DNA of 64,000 nucleotides, taken from contig DASVGQ010000054.1 in NCBI GenBank assembly GCA_036379455.1, positions 277-64,276 on the forward strand, written 5' to 3'. The translations under genes were made by a program, and so were the position numbers. Origin of the DNA: Nevskiaceae bacterium. GTDB lineage: Bacteria > Pseudomonadota > Gammaproteobacteria > Nevskiales > Nevskiaceae. This document shows, piece after piece, positions 36,666 through 46,396 of the stretch; positions within the stretch are counted from its first letter, which is position 1; each line of letters starts with the position of its first letter. Under the pieces are notes generated by a model, which saw only the letters and a program-made list of their open reading frames with translations, was not told the origin of the DNA and did no database searches.

Positions 36666-36685
36666 GAAAAAGGAGCGGGCCTGAC

Positions 36686-38356
36686 ATGGCTGAGCAGATC
36701 GAGGGAGCAGGGGCGTCCGCGCACGGCACGGCCGCTGTCCACGAGCACGGCCCGCCGAAGGGCATCATGCGGTGGATTTCGACGACCAACCACAAGGACC
36801 TCGGCACGCTGTATCTGCTGTTCAGCGGCCTGATGTTCATCGTGGGCGGCGCGTTCTCGCTGGTGATTCGCGCCGAGCTCTTCGAACCGGGGCTGCAGTT
36901 CCTCGATCCGGGGACCTACAACGAGTTCATGAGCATGCACGCGCTGGTGATGATCTTCGGCGCGGTGATGCCGGCCTTCGTCGGGTTGGCGAACTGGATG
37001 GTGCCGATGCAGATCGGCGCGTCCGACCTCGCCATGCCGCGGCTCAACAATTTCGGTTTCTGGTTGTTGCCCTTCGCATTCGTGCTGCTCCTGTCGAGCT
37101 TCTTCCTGCCGGGTGGCGCTTCGGCGGCCGGCTGGACCATGTATCCGCCGCTCATGCTGCAGATGGGCCTCGCGGTGCCGTTCCAGATCTTTGCCGTGCA
37201 TCTGATGGGCATCTCCTCGGTCACCGGGGCGATCAACCTGATCGTCACGGTGCTCAACATGCGCGCACCGGGCATGACGCTGATGAAGATGCCGATCTTC
37301 GTCTGGGGTTGGTTCATCACCGCCTATCTGGTGATCATGGTGCTGCCGGTGCTCGCCGGTTCCATCACCATGTTGCTCACCGACAAGTACTTCGGGACCA
37401 CGTTCTTCGACCCGACCGGCGGCGGTGACCCGATCCTCTACGAGCACATCTTCTGGTTCTTCGGGCACCCGGAGGTCTACATCATGATCCTGCCGGCCTT
37501 CGGGATCATTTCCATGATCATTCCGACCTTCGCGCGCAAGCCGCTGTTCGGCTACGAGTCGATGGTCTACGCCCTCGCGTGCATCGGCTTCCTGAGCTGC
37601 CTCGTCTGGGCGCATCACATGTTCGCGGATGGCATGCCGCTGCCGGCCGAGATCTTCTTCATGTTCAGCACCATGACGATCTCGGTGCCGACCGGCGTGA
37701 AGATCTTCAACTGGGTGGCGACGATGTGGCGCGGTTCCCTGACCTACGAGACGCCGATGCTGTTCTCGATCGCCTTCGTCGTGCTGTTCTCGATCGGCGG
37801 CTTCTCGGGGCTGATGATGGCGATGGCGCCCGTCGACTTCCAGTACCACAACACCTACTTCATCATCGCGCACTTCCACTACGTGCTGGTCCCCGGCTCG
37901 GTGTTCGCGATCATCGCCGCCGTCTATTACTGGATGCCCAAGTGGACCGGCGTCATGTACAGCGAACGGCTCGGCCGGATCCATTTCTGGCTGTCGCTGG
38001 TGTTCATCAACGTGCTGTTCTTCCCGCAGCATTTCCTCGGTCTGGCCGGCATGGTCCGGCGTACGGCGGATTACCCGGCGCAGTTCGCGGATTGGAACAT
38101 GGTGTCGAGCATCGGCGCCTTCCTGTTCTTCGCGTCGCAGTTCATCTTTGCCTACAACATGGCGCGCTGCATCTGGTTCCGCCGCGGCATGGCGAAGGCG
38201 ACCAGTCGCGTATGGGAAGGTGCCTACGGACTCGAGTGGGTGGTGCCGTCGCCCGCGCCGTATCACAGCTTCCACGACGAACCGCCCAGCAAGTACGTCG
38301 ACTCCGAATCGCCGTGGGTACTCGAGGTACAGGCTCGGCCGGTGGCTGCAAGCTGA
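36686..38356 (+). CDS. ctaD: Cytochrome c oxidase subunit I
   Basis: 556 aa. WISTTNHKDLGTLYL, FFGHPEVYI, HHMF, HFHYVL are the canonical heme-copper oxidase subunit I motifs. Confidence 0.95.
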   Translation: MAEQIEGAGASAHGTAAVHEHGPPKGIMRWISTTNHKDLGTLYLLFSGLMFIVGGAFSLVIRAELFEPGLQFLDPGTYNEFMSMHALVMIFGAVMPAFVGLANWMVPMQIGASDLAMPRLNNFGFWLLPFAFVLLLSSFFLPGGASAAGWTMYPPLMLQMGLAVPFQIFAVHLMGISSVTGAINLIVTVLNMRAPGMTLMKMPIFVWGWFITAYLVIMVLPVLAGSITMLLTDKYFGTTFFDPTGGGDPILYEHIFWFFGHPEVYIMILPAFGIISMIIPTFARKPLFGYESMVYALACIGFLSCLVWAHHMFADGMPLPAEIFFMFSTMTISVPTGVKIFNWVATMWRGSLTYETPMLFSIAFVVLFSIGGFSGLMMAMAPVDFQYHNTYFIIAHFHYVLVPGSVFAIIAAVYYWMPKWTGVMYSERLGRIHFWLSLVFINVLFFPQHFLGLAGMVRRTADYPAQFADWNMVSSIGAFLFFASQFIFAYNMARCIWFRRGMAKATSRVWEGAYGLEWVVPSPAPYHSFHDEPPSKYVDSESPWVLEVQARPVAAS

Positions 38357-38359
38357 CGC

Positions 38360-38557
38360 ATGGTCGGGGAGCCGGACGACTGGGAGCGTCGCCGCCGGAA
38401 GATGCGCTGGCGCAATCTGGGCGGCGCGGTCGTACTGGGCGCGATTGCCCTGGCCCTCTACGCTGCGATCTTCTGGCGCTGGTCGCATCACGCGCCGGCG
38501 GTGGACGGTAGTGGCGCGGCATCCGCGAGCAGCGCCTCACACGCAGGACGCTATTGA
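38360..38557 (+). CDS. Small single-pass membrane protein occupying the position where ctaG/cox11 is normally found
   Basis: 65-aa ORF 4 nt after the ctaD stop. A basic stretch RRRRKMRWRN is followed by one hydrophobic span GGAVVLGAIALALYAAIFW and then an Ala/Ser-rich tail. No soluble Cox11 domain. Confidence 0.45.
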   Translation: MVGEPDDWERRRRKMRWRNLGGAVVLGAIALALYAAIFWRWSHHAPAVDGSGAASASSASHAGRY

Positions 38558-38577
38558 ATCGGGATGGGGATGAAGCA

Positions 38578-39465
38578 ATGACCAGTGGGCGTACGGAAGA
38601 AACGTCGGGCTACTTCGTCCCCAAGCCGGCGGCATGGCCATTCCTGCTCGTCGCGGGACTTGCGCTCGCGATCTACGGCTTCAGCCATTGGCTCGAGGGC
38701 CACGATCTGGGGATGCCGTGGCAGCTGCCGTTGACGGTCGGCGTGCTGCTCGCCGTCTACATGATCTTCCGCTGGTTCTGGGGCATCGCGCACGAGAGCG
38801 AGGAGGGCGCCTACAACCGTCAGGTGGATCGCACCTACCGGTTCGGCATGGGGTGGTTCATCTTCTCGGAAGTCTGCTTCTTCGGCGCCTTCTTCGGTGC
38901 CCTCTACTACACCCACGCGCTGGCCGTGCCATGGCTGGGCGGTGAGGGCGCGAAGTTCTTCACCGGCTCGGTGCTGTGGCCCGACTTCACGCCGGTATGG
39001 CCGAGCAACGGGCCGGGTTCGGTTGGCGGGACGTTCACCGGCATGAGCCCGTGGGGCCTGCCGGCCATCAATACCGCGATCCTCATCACCAGCAGCTTCA
39101 CGGTGACGTGGGCCCACCATGCGCTCAAGGAGAATCACCGCGGGCGATGCATCGCCTTCATGATCCTGACCGTCGCGCTCGGCGTCGTCTTCCTGACCCT
39201 GCAGGCGCACGAGTACGTCGAGGCCTATACGCAGCAGAACCTGACCTTGCACAGCGGCATCTACGGCTCGACCTTCTACATGCTGACCGGATTCCACGGA
39301 CTGCACGTCACGATCGGCACGATCATGTTGATCGTCATCACCTGCCGCCTGCTGGCCGGGCATTTCAGCGCAACCAGACACTTCGGCTTCGAGGGCGTCG
39401 CCTGGTACTGGCATTTCGTCGACGTCGTCTGGATTCTCCTGTTCACGTTCGTCTATATCCTCTAG
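38578..39465 (+). CDS. coxC: Cytochrome c oxidase subunit III
   Basis: ATG at 38578 (the track start 38554 is TTG). FIFSEVCFFGAFF, GFHGLHVTIGT and WYWHFVDVVW are subunit III motifs. Confidence 0.92.
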   Translation: MTSGRTEETSGYFVPKPAAWPFLLVAGLALAIYGFSHWLEGHDLGMPWQLPLTVGVLLAVYMIFRWFWGIAHESEEGAYNRQVDRTYRFGMGWFIFSEVCFFGAFFGALYYTHALAVPWLGGEGAKFFTGSVLWPDFTPVWPSNGPGSVGGTFTGMSPWGLPAINTAILITSSFTVTWAHHALKENHRGRCIAFMILTVALGVVFLTLQAHEYVEAYTQQNLTLHSGIYGSTFYMLTGFHGLHVTIGTIMLIVITCRLLAGHFSATRHFGFEGVAWYWHFVDVVWILLFTFVYIL

Positions 39466-39475
39466 CGCGGCACGT

Positions 39476-39495
39476 GGGGGCGGTGATACGCCCCC
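39476..39495. terminator. Possible bidirectional hairpin between convergent coxC and the DUF2909 gene
   Basis: GGGGGCG-GTGATA-CGCCCCC, a perfect 7-bp GC stem with a 6-nt loop, 11 nt after the coxC stop. There is no U-tract, so terminator function is uncertain. Confidence 0.3.
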
Positions 39496-39531
39496 TGAGC
39501 GCTCGGTATTCCCGCCGGACCCAGCCCTGCG

Positions 39532-39750
39532 CTACGGCGTCGGGCCGGGATGCGGATGGATCCACCCCATGAACCACGCCAGCACGAGAAACAACGCAAA
39601 CGCGATGGTCAGGACGACGCGGAGTTCCAACGCGTGGAGCGTACGACGGTTGTCCCGCGTGCTGTCGTCATGCAGCAGGAAGAAGAAACCGGAGAACAGC
39701 GACGCGACGATCGCGACGAGAAACCCGATGATGATCAGCTTGACGATCAT
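39532..39750 (-). CDS. Twin-transmembrane-helix small protein (DUF2909)
   Basis: 72 aa with two hydrophobic helices (MIVKLIIIGFLVAIVASLFSGFFFL; VVLTIAFALFLVLAWFMGW). This family is typically embedded in proteobacterial cox clusters. Confidence 0.7.
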   Translation of the reverse strand: MIVKLIIIGFLVAIVASLFSGFFFLLHDDSTRDNRRTLHALELRVVLTIAFALFLVLAWFMGWIHPHPGPTP

Positions 39751-39836
39751 GCCGATGGAAGCAGCGGGCGAGGCTCATGATAACGGGACACGATCATCCC
39801 GACGCTTCACGAGCGGCGAGCCTGTTTGCGCTTCGC

Positions 39837-40628
39837 ATGCATGAGCGACGCCACTTCAGACCTCGCTGGTGGTCGTGCCTGATCGCTCTGCTGGGTTGCT
39901 CCGCCCTGTGTGGGCTGGGGGTCTGGCAGATCCAGCGCGGGCTGCAGAAGGCGACCTACCTCGAACAGCACAAGCTGGCACAAGCGACGCCCGCCAAATC
40001 CTTGGCGGCGCTGGACGACCGTGCCTTGCCGCCGGAGGCTCGCGCGATACGGGTGTGGGCGGACGGACACTATGACGCGCACCGGCAGCTGCTGATGGAT
40101 GGTCAGTCCCACGGAGAACAGACCGGATACGACGTGCTGACTCCATTCATCCTCGCGGACGGTCACGTGGTGATGGTCAACCGTGGCTGGGTTCCGCGTG
40201 CGGTTGATTCGCAGCCGCCCGACACCAGCCGACTCGCCGTCGGTCGCCGCCCGCGCCGCATCGAAGGCCTCTGGCGCTCCTTGCCCAGGCCGGCGCTGCG
40301 CCTGGCGGGAGATGGTTGCGCGGCGCAGGCTTGGCCGCGCCACGTGCTCTACCCCACGGATGGAGATCTTCGCTGCCTCTACGGCGAGCGGATCCGACAC
40401 GGTGTCGTGGAGCTCGATGCCCGCCTGCCCGACGGGTATGTCCGCGATTGGGCTGACCCGGTGGGCTTCCCCCCCGTCCGACACTATGGTTATGCCGCGC
40501 AGTGGTTCATGTTCAGCCTGATCGGCTTGTTTCTCTTCTATCGGCTCAATCTGCGCCGCACGGCGTCGCTGGAATCATCTCCATGTTCTGCGCGGGCTGT
40601 CGCGCCAAAGGCAGGCAAGCGCCCATGA
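39837..40628 (+). CDS. SURF1 family cytochrome oxidase biogenesis protein
   Basis: MHERRHFRPRWWSCLIALLG...LGVWQIQRG...VNRGWVP...YAAQWF are SURF1 hallmarks. ATG 39837 preferred over 39777. Confidence 0.85.
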   Translation: MHERRHFRPRWWSCLIALLGCSALCGLGVWQIQRGLQKATYLEQHKLAQATPAKSLAALDDRALPPEARAIRVWADGHYDAHRQLLMDGQSHGEQTGYDVLTPFILADGHVVMVNRGWVPRAVDSQPPDTSRLAVGRRPRRIEGLWRSLPRPALRLAGDGCAAQAWPRHVLYPTDGDLRCLYGERIRHGVVELDARLPDGYVRDWADPVGFPPVRHYGYAAQWFMFSLIGLFLFYRLNLRRTASLESSPCSARAVAPKAGKRP

Positions 40629-41296
40629 GCCACTCGCCCGATCCACGCCACGCTGTCTCGTCTGATGACGAGGTAGCGGTGCGCTCCCGGGGGCGCAATC
40701 GCGGTCCGCTGTTGGTCATCGTCCTCGTGACGGCGCTGCCGCTGCTGCTGGCCATGGCGGTCTTCTTCGTGCCCACGCTGCGCGACGGGCTGCAGCACAA
40801 CAACCGCGGGCAGCTCGTCACCCCGGCGCGTGACGTGCCGCCGCTTGCGCTGCACGACCTGACTGGCGAGGAGCTCCCGGTCGGCGCCTTCAGCGGGCAC
40901 TGGTCGGTGATCTACATCGGAGGAGCGACCTGTGACGAAGGCTGCGTCCGGCAGGTGTTCCAGGTCCACAATATCCGATGGCTGCTGCAGGAGCAGTACC
41001 GCCGTCTGCGCGTCTTCTACCTCGCTCCCGACTCGAGCAGCCTGCGCAACGCCGCGGGCGCTATGCGCACGGACGCGGATCTGTACCGCAAAGCGGGTGC
41101 TTTGCCCGTCATGCTCACGGCCGCACCGGATGCAGATCACGCTGCGGACGCGATGCGATTCTTCGGGCAGGCTCCCGGTACCGTGGTGCTGATCAATCCT
41201 GCGCGTCACTGGATACTCTCGTACCCGCCGGGGTTCAAGGTCGAGGACGTGTACCACGACTTGCGCCGGCTGCTGCGGTTCTCCCAGCTGGGATGA
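40625..41296 (+). CDS. Membrane-anchored hypothetical protein of the cox assembly cluster (possible thioredoxin-like/SCO-like fold, CxxxC)
   Basis: ATGA overlap with the SURF1 stop. One N-terminal TM span (LLVIVLVTALPLLLAMAVFFV). GGATCDEGC resembles the SCO1/SenC CxxxC copper motif. A hypothetical gene occupies this slot between SURF1 and COX15 in other proteobacteria. Confidence 0.55.
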   Translation: MSHSPDPRHAVSSDDEVAVRSRGRNRGPLLVIVLVTALPLLLAMAVFFVPTLRDGLQHNNRGQLVTPARDVPPLALHDLTGEELPVGAFSGHWSVIYIGGATCDEGCVRQVFQVHNIRWLLQEQYRRLRVFYLAPDSSSLRNAAGAMRTDADLYRKAGALPVMLTAAPDADHAADAMRFFGQAPGTVVLINPARHWILSYPPGFKVEDVYHDLRRLLRFSQLG

Positions 41297-41356
41297 GGCG
41301 TGCGTCTTGCGCGCACATCACCGCATCGCGACTTCGCATGACGGAACGGCGCGTTG

Positions 41357-42367
41357 ATGCCGATTGACCGTTGGTTCTCCCGACTGAATCTGATCACGGT
41401 CGCGGCCTGCTTCGCACTGGTGGTGCTTGGGGCCTATGTGCGCCTGTCGGATGCCGGACTCGGGTGTCCCGACTGGCCCGGCTGCTATGGACAGATGGTT
41501 GTCCCCACGGCCGAGAACGCCGCCCAGCACGCGGACTTCCCAGCTCGTCCGTTCCATGTCGCCAAGGCATGGAAAGAGATGGTTCACCGCTATCTCGCCG
41601 GCCTCGTCGGCATGATGGTGCTGTTGATGGCGCTGGTCGCCGCGGCGCGGCGCGCTCGCGGGCTGCCCGCGGGACTGGCTCTCGCCATTCTCCTGCTGGT
41701 GATCGTCCAGGCCGTGTTCGGTGCGCTGACGGTCACCTGGCAGGTGATGCCGGTTATCGTGACGACACACCTTCTGCTCGGTCTGCTCACGCTGATGCTG
41801 CTGTGGTGGATGTGGCTGCGGCAGGCGGCGCCGGCGCCGCCCCAGCTGCGATTGCCATGGTTTCGGGCGTGGAGCGCGCTGGCCTTGTGCGTGCTCGCGC
41901 TGCAGGTGTTTCTCGGCGGTTGGACCAGCACGAATTATGCGGCGATCGGATGCCCGGATTTTCCCACTTGCCAAGGCGTTTATAGGCTGCAGACGGGCCT
42001 GGCGCCCGCGTTTGACCTGTGGCATGGGCTCGGGATCGACTACCAGGGCGGCGTGCTGAGTGCGTCGGTGCGGGCGACCATCCACATGGTGCATCGCTAC
42101 GGCGCGCTGTTGACTGCACTGGTCGTCGGGGCGCTCGCCCTTTATCTATGGATCGCGGCGTCACAACGCATCGGCCGGGCGCTCGCCGCGCTGCTGCTGC
42201 TGGCACTTGCGCTGCAGATCCTCATCGGCATCGCCTTCGTGGAAGGCGGCTTCCCGCTGTGGCTTGCGGACGCCCACACCGGTGGCGCCGCCGTCCTGCT
42301 CCTGGTCGTCGTGCTGGTCAACCACCTCGCCTGGCGAAGCCGGGCAGCGGGAGAGGACGGGGCCTGA
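41357..42367 (+). CDS. ctaA: Heme A synthase (COX15/CtaA)
   Basis: ATG at 41357 (the track start 41354 is TTG). VVLGAYVRLSDAGLGCPDWPGCYG and HR..A motifs, about 8 TM spans. Confidence 0.9.
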   Translation: MPIDRWFSRLNLITVAACFALVVLGAYVRLSDAGLGCPDWPGCYGQMVVPTAENAAQHADFPARPFHVAKAWKEMVHRYLAGLVGMMVLLMALVAAARRARGLPAGLALAILLLVIVQAVFGALTVTWQVMPVIVTTHLLLGLLTLMLLWWMWLRQAAPAPPQLRLPWFRAWSALALCVLALQVFLGGWTSTNYAAIGCPDFPTCQGVYRLQTGLAPAFDLWHGLGIDYQGGVLSASVRATIHMVHRYGALLTALVVGALALYLWIAASQRIGRALAALLLLALALQILIGIAFVEGGFPLWLADAHTGGAAVLLLVVVLVNHLAWRSRAAGEDGA

Positions 42368-42500
42368 TGGTGGCCGGGGTCGAGCACCAGCCGCCGCGCC
42401 GCGGCCGTTGCGCGGGTACTACAGGATGTGCAAACCGCGAGTCGTCATGCTGATCGCCTTCGCAGCGATCTCTGGTCTTCGCAACGGTCTGCTGCCATGA
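42367..42500 (+). pseudogene. ctaB: Protoheme IX farnesyltransferase (heme O synthase) remnant: frameshifted and truncated after about 45 codons
   Basis: An ATG at 42367 overlaps the ctaA TGA (the usual coupling). However, the conserved CtaB N-terminus LRGYYRMCKPRVVMLIAFAAISG is in a different frame (42408-42500) and hits TGA at 42498-42500. No frame downstream (42501-42672) continues a CtaB-like sequence before the rpoH 3' end. Confidence 0.7.
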
Positions 42501-42672
42501 CGACCTTGCATTCTCGACCGCCGACCGGATCGCAGGCTTCGTGCGGTTGGCCACGAGCCGCGTGCAGTAGTCGTCGGCACGTTGCAGTAGGCGGCAGCGG
42601 CACCTTCAACGGGCAAAGGAGGTCGCGCTACTTCGGTTGCGGACAGGTCCTCGTCAACGCGCGCGGCTCGCT

Positions 42673-43560
42673 TCAGGCGACCGCTGGATCCAGTTCGTCC
42701 AGCGCCATAGCCTTGCGCATCTTCTTGATGGCGGCCGCTTCAATCTGGCGGATACGCTCCGCCGACACGCCATACTCGCTGCCGAGTTCCTGCAGGCCCA
42801 TCTTGCTGCCGTCGGCCGCCAGCCAGCGGCGCTGCACGATGTCGCGGGATCGGTCGTCAAGCGTCGTCAGCGCGCTGCGCATGCGCTGTTCGACCTGCGC
42901 GTCCCAGTCTGAGGCTTCCAGCGCCTCGCTCGGGTCGCCGTCCGCGGCCAGATAGTCTTCCGGCATGTAGGCGTCATCGCCGTCGGCCGGCCCGGCGCTG
43001 AAAGAGACGTCGCGACCGCTGAGGCGCGACTCCATCTGCAGCACGTCCTCCGGCCGCACCTTGAGATCTGCCGCCACGGCGCCGACCTCTTCGTTGTTCA
43101 TCCAACCCAGCCGTGCCTTGGCGCGCCGCAGGTTGAAGAAGAGCTTGCGCTGCGCCTTGGTGGTCGCGATCTTGACGATGCGCCAGTTCGCCAGGATGTA
43201 CTCATGGATCTCTGCCTTGATCCAGTGCACGGCGAAGGAGATCAGGCGCACGCCGACTTCGGGATCGAAGCGCTTGATGGCCTTCATCAGGCCGATGTTG
43301 CCTTCCTGAATCAGGTCGGCCATCGGCAGCCCGTAGCCCTGGTAGCCGCGCGCGATGTGCACGACGAAGCGCAGGTTGGACAATACCAAGTGCTGCGCTG
43401 CGTCGAGATCACCGTCGTCGTGCAGCCGGTGCGCCAGCTCGCTTTCTTCCTGGCGCGACAGCACGGGAATGTGTGCAAGGCTCTGCAGGTACGCGTCCAG
43501 ACTGCCGACACGCGGCGTGGGCAAGTTGTTCAGGCGTAACGCCAAGGCGGATGTCGTCAT
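42673..43560 (-). CDS. rpoH: RNA polymerase sigma-32 (heat shock sigma factor)
   Basis: ATG at 43560 with GGAGGA 7 nt upstream. Contains the RpoH box [11 protein letters not shown] and sigma-70 regions 2-4. ftsYEX-rpoH synteny. Confidence 0.93.
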   Translation of the reverse strand: MTTSALALRLNNLPTPRVGSLDAYLQSLAHIPVLSRQEESELAHRLHDDGDLDAAQHLVLSNLRFVVHIARGYQGYGLPMADLIQEGNIGLMKAIKRFDPEVGVRLISFAVHWIKAEIHEYILANWRIVKIATTKAQRKLFFNLRRAKARLGWMNNEEVGAVAADLKVRPEDVLQMESRLSGRDVSFSAGPADGDDAYMPEDYLAADGDPSEALEASDWDAQVEQRMRSALTTLDDRSRDIVQRRWLAADGSKMGLQELGSEYGVSAERIRQIEAAAIKKMRKAMALDELDPAVA

Positions 43561-43637
43561 CACTCGGTCCTCCGAGCCCTCATTTTAGCAGTCGTTACCT
43601 TGGAGTGCTAAACCGGTGGCAAGTTCACGCGCGCGCC

Positions 43638-44639
43638 TCAACGCGGCTCGATCCGGTGCAGGTGGCGCGCAACGGTCCATGTCGCTGCCAGCCATCCAAG
43701 CACCAACCCGACGCCCAGCAGTGCCAGCGAGGTATCGAATCCGGGTGCGGCGAGGACCATGCCGGTGTTGCCGAGCACCGCGCTCCTGCGTACCGCATAC
43801 TCCAGCAGCTGCATTACCAGTGCGACCAGCAGCAACGCGAACACCGCGCCGCCGACCCCATAGCATGCCCCCATGTACAGGAACGGACGTCGGACATAGG
43901 CGTTCGACGCGCCGATGAGCTTCATGATCGCGATCTCGTGCCGACGGTCCTCGATTTCGAGACGGATCGTGTTGCCGACGACGATGAGCACCGTGAGCGC
44001 AAGGGCGCCCATCGCCAGCCACAGGAGATTCTTCAGCAGGGCGAAGCCCGCGTACAGCTGGTCAGTCCACGCCGGATCCAGCTGCGCCTGCTCGACTTCG
44101 GGCATCGCCGCCAGCGCGTCAAGCATGGTGCGGGTGGCGGCCTGGCCGCGATGGATATCGGGCGTGACCACGATCGAAGCGGGCAGCGGGTTCGTGTCCA
44201 GCAGCGCGACGGCGGCCGCGGCCCCCGCCTGCTGCTTGAATTCCGCGAGCGCCGCGTCGCGCGAAATGTAGCGCGCGGTGGCGATCCCCGGCTGATGGGC
44301 GATGCGTTCCGTCAGCGCTTCGCCGGCGGCGGGCGTGATGGAATCCCTGAGATAGAGCGTCGCCTGGGCCGATCGTTCGCCGACCTGCAGTGTGGCCGGG
44401 GTCATGTCGCGGAACAGGGTCAGCAGCGTGGCGGGCAGGCTCAGCACGACGGCGACCACGCACAGGGTCAGTACCGTGCCGACGGCGTGCTGTCCGAGCC
44501 GTGCGAGCGTCACGTAGACCGCGCGGGCGTGGTTCTGCAGCAGGCGCAGCGGCCCGGAAGGAACGCTGGCCGGGCGCGCCGGCGCTGCGGCACGATGTGG
44601 CGCGCTCGTCGGCGCGGGCGTTCTAGCGCGGTACGGCAT
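43638..44639 (-). CDS. ftsX: Cell division permease-like protein FtsX
   Basis: Four TM spans and a periplasmic loop, directly downstream of ftsE. Start at ATG 44639 (44681 possible). Confidence 0.85.
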   Translation of the reverse strand: MPYRARTPAPTSAPHRAAAPARPASVPSGPLRLLQNHARAVYVTLARLGQHAVGTVLTLCVVAVVLSLPATLLTLFRDMTPATLQVGERSAQATLYLRDSITPAAGEALTERIAHQPGIATARYISRDAALAEFKQQAGAAAAVALLDTNPLPASIVVTPDIHRGQAATRTMLDALAAMPEVEQAQLDPAWTDQLYAGFALLKNLLWLAMGALALTVLIVVGNTIRLEIEDRRHEIAIMKLIGASNAYVRRPFLYMGACYGVGGAVFALLLVALVMQLLEYAVRRSAVLGNTGMVLAAPGFDTSLALLGVGLVLGWLAATWTVARHLHRIEPR

Positions 44640-45336
44640 CGGCGGCAGGCGCTGCGCGGTACGTGGGTCGATCGGCGGCAAGGCGCCCGTTCTCCAACCG
44701 CATGACGCGGTACGGCAGGCGCTGCACGAGGTGAGTGGCGTGCGTGACGACCAGCACGCTGGTGCCTACTTCGTTGAAGCGGGCGAACAGTCGCATCACG
44801 TCCTCTGCCATCGTCTGGTCAAGGTTGCCGGTGGGCTCGTCCGCCAGCAGCAGCGCGGGACGCGCGACGATGGCCCGGGCGATGCTGACGCGCTGCTGTT
44901 CTCCGCTGGACAACGCCGGTGGATAGCTGAGCTCGGCTCCCCGCATGTCGACGGCGTCCAGCGCGGCGCGCACCCGCCGGCCGATGTCGGCCGCCGAATG
45001 ACCGCGGATCAGCAGCGGCAGCGCGATGTTGTCGAAGACGGTCTGTTCGGGCAGCAGGTTTGCGTCCTGGAAGATCATGCCGAGCGTGCGGCGATGTTTC
45101 GCGATGTGCCGCCCGTGCGTCTGCTCCAGCGCGCGGCCGTTGACGAAGATGGCACCGTCCGTTGGCCGCAGGAGCAGCCCGATCAGTCTCAGCACCGTGC
45201 TCTTGCCGGCGCCCGAGCTGCCGGTCAGGAACGCCATCTCGCCGACGCCCAGCGTGAAGCTCAGGTCTGCGAGCACGAGACCTTCTCCAGCGGCGTAGCG
45301 GTGATTGACGTGTTCGAAGCGGACGCTGTCGGGCAT
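44623..45336 (-). CDS. ftsE: Cell division ATP-binding protein FtsE
   Basis: ATG at 45336 ([14 protein letters not shown]). Walker [13 protein letters not shown] signature LSSGEQQR, Walker [10 protein letters not shown]. Confidence 0.92.
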   Translation of the reverse strand: MPDSVRFEHVNHRYAAGEGLVLADLSFTLGVGEMAFLTGSSGAGKSTVLRLIGLLLRPTDGAIFVNGRALEQTHGRHIAKHRRTLGMIFQDANLLPEQTVFDNIALPLLIRGHSAADIGRRVRAALDAVDMRGAELSYPPALSSGEQQRVSIARAIVARPALLLADEPTGNLDQTMAEDVMRLFARFNEVGTSVLVVTHATHLVQRLPYRVMRLENGRLAADRPTYRAAPAADAVPR

Positions 45337-45469
45337 GGGCGATAGGGGTGCGCGAGGCGTGCGGCGCGGCCTGCAGACCACCGGCGCTGAGGTCGTTCGA
45401 CGATCGGCCGGCGGCGGAACGCCTATCGTAAGGAAAACCGCATCGCGGGGTGCCAAGCGGCGTGCGTGG

Positions 45470-46396
45470 TCACGCGGCGAGGGCTTCAGCGTAGGCCTGT
45501 GCGTCGAACGGTATGAGGTCGTCGACGCCTTCGCCGACGCCGATGAATCGCACCGGCAGCGCCATGCGCTTGGCGAGCGCGAGCAGGATGCCGCCTTTCG
45601 CGGTGCCGTCCAGCTTGGTGATCACCAGCCCGGTGATGCCGACGGCGTCGTTGAATTGCTCGGCCTGGTTGAGCGCGTTCGCGCCGGTCGTGGCGTCGAC
45701 GACGAGCAGCACTTCGTGCGGTGCCTGCGGATCCTGCTTCTGCACGACGCGCTTGATCTTGCGCAGCTCGTCCATCAGGTGCGCCTGCGTGTGCAGTCGG
45801 CCGGCGGTGTCCGCGAGAACCACGTCGACGCCACGGCTCCGGGCGGCCTGGACAGCGTCGTAGATGACCGAGGCGGCGTCGGCGCCCGCGCCTTGCGAGA
45901 TCAGCTGCGCGCCGGTGCGCTCGGACCACTGCGCCAGCTGCTCGACCGCCGCCGCGCGGAAGGTGTCCCCGGCCGCGAGCAGGACCGACAATCCCTCAGC
46001 TTTCAGTTTCGCGGCGAGCTTGCCGATGGTGGTGGTCTTGCCGACCCCGTTGACGCCGGTGACGAAGATCACGAACGGTCGCGCGCCGTCGGCGATGCGC
46101 AGCGGTTGGCTGCACGGCGCGAGGATGTCGACGAGCGCCTCGCGCAGCACGGCGCGCAGCTGCGCCTCCTTCTTGATCCGCCCGCTCATGATCTCGCGCC
46201 GTATCATGTGGCTGAGCTCGGTGCTCGCCTCGACGCCGGCGTCCGCCAGCAGCAGGCGCTCCTCGATCTCCTCGATCGCCTCGTCGCCAAGCTTGTCGTG
46301 CGTGAACAGCCGGCCGAGGTCGGTCGTCAGCCACGAATCGCCGCGGTTGAGCTTGCGCCTCAGCCGCGCGATGACGCTCTCGTGGGCATGCGGCAT
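45470..46396 (-). CDS. ftsY: Signal recognition particle receptor FtsY (NG domains, short N-terminus)
   Basis: ATG at 46396 overlapping the hemL stop by 1 nt. GVNGVGKTTTIGKLA, DTAGR, TKLDGTAKGG. The upstream part of track ORF 45470..47011 is antisense-frame noise over hemL. Confidence 0.9.
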   Translation of the reverse strand: MPHAHESVIARLRRKLNRGDSWLTTDLGRLFTHDKLGDEAIEEIEERLLLADAGVEASTELSHMIRREIMSGRIKKEAQLRAVLREALVDILAPCSQPLRIADGARPFVIFVTGVNGVGKTTTIGKLAAKLKAEGLSVLLAAGDTFRAAAVEQLAQWSERTGAQLISQGAGADAASVIYDAVQAARSRGVDVVLADTAGRLHTQAHLMDELRKIKRVVQKQDPQAPHEVLLVVDATTGANALNQAEQFNDAVGITGLVITKLDGTAKGGILLALAKRMALPVRFIGVGEGVDDLIPFDAQAYAEALAA

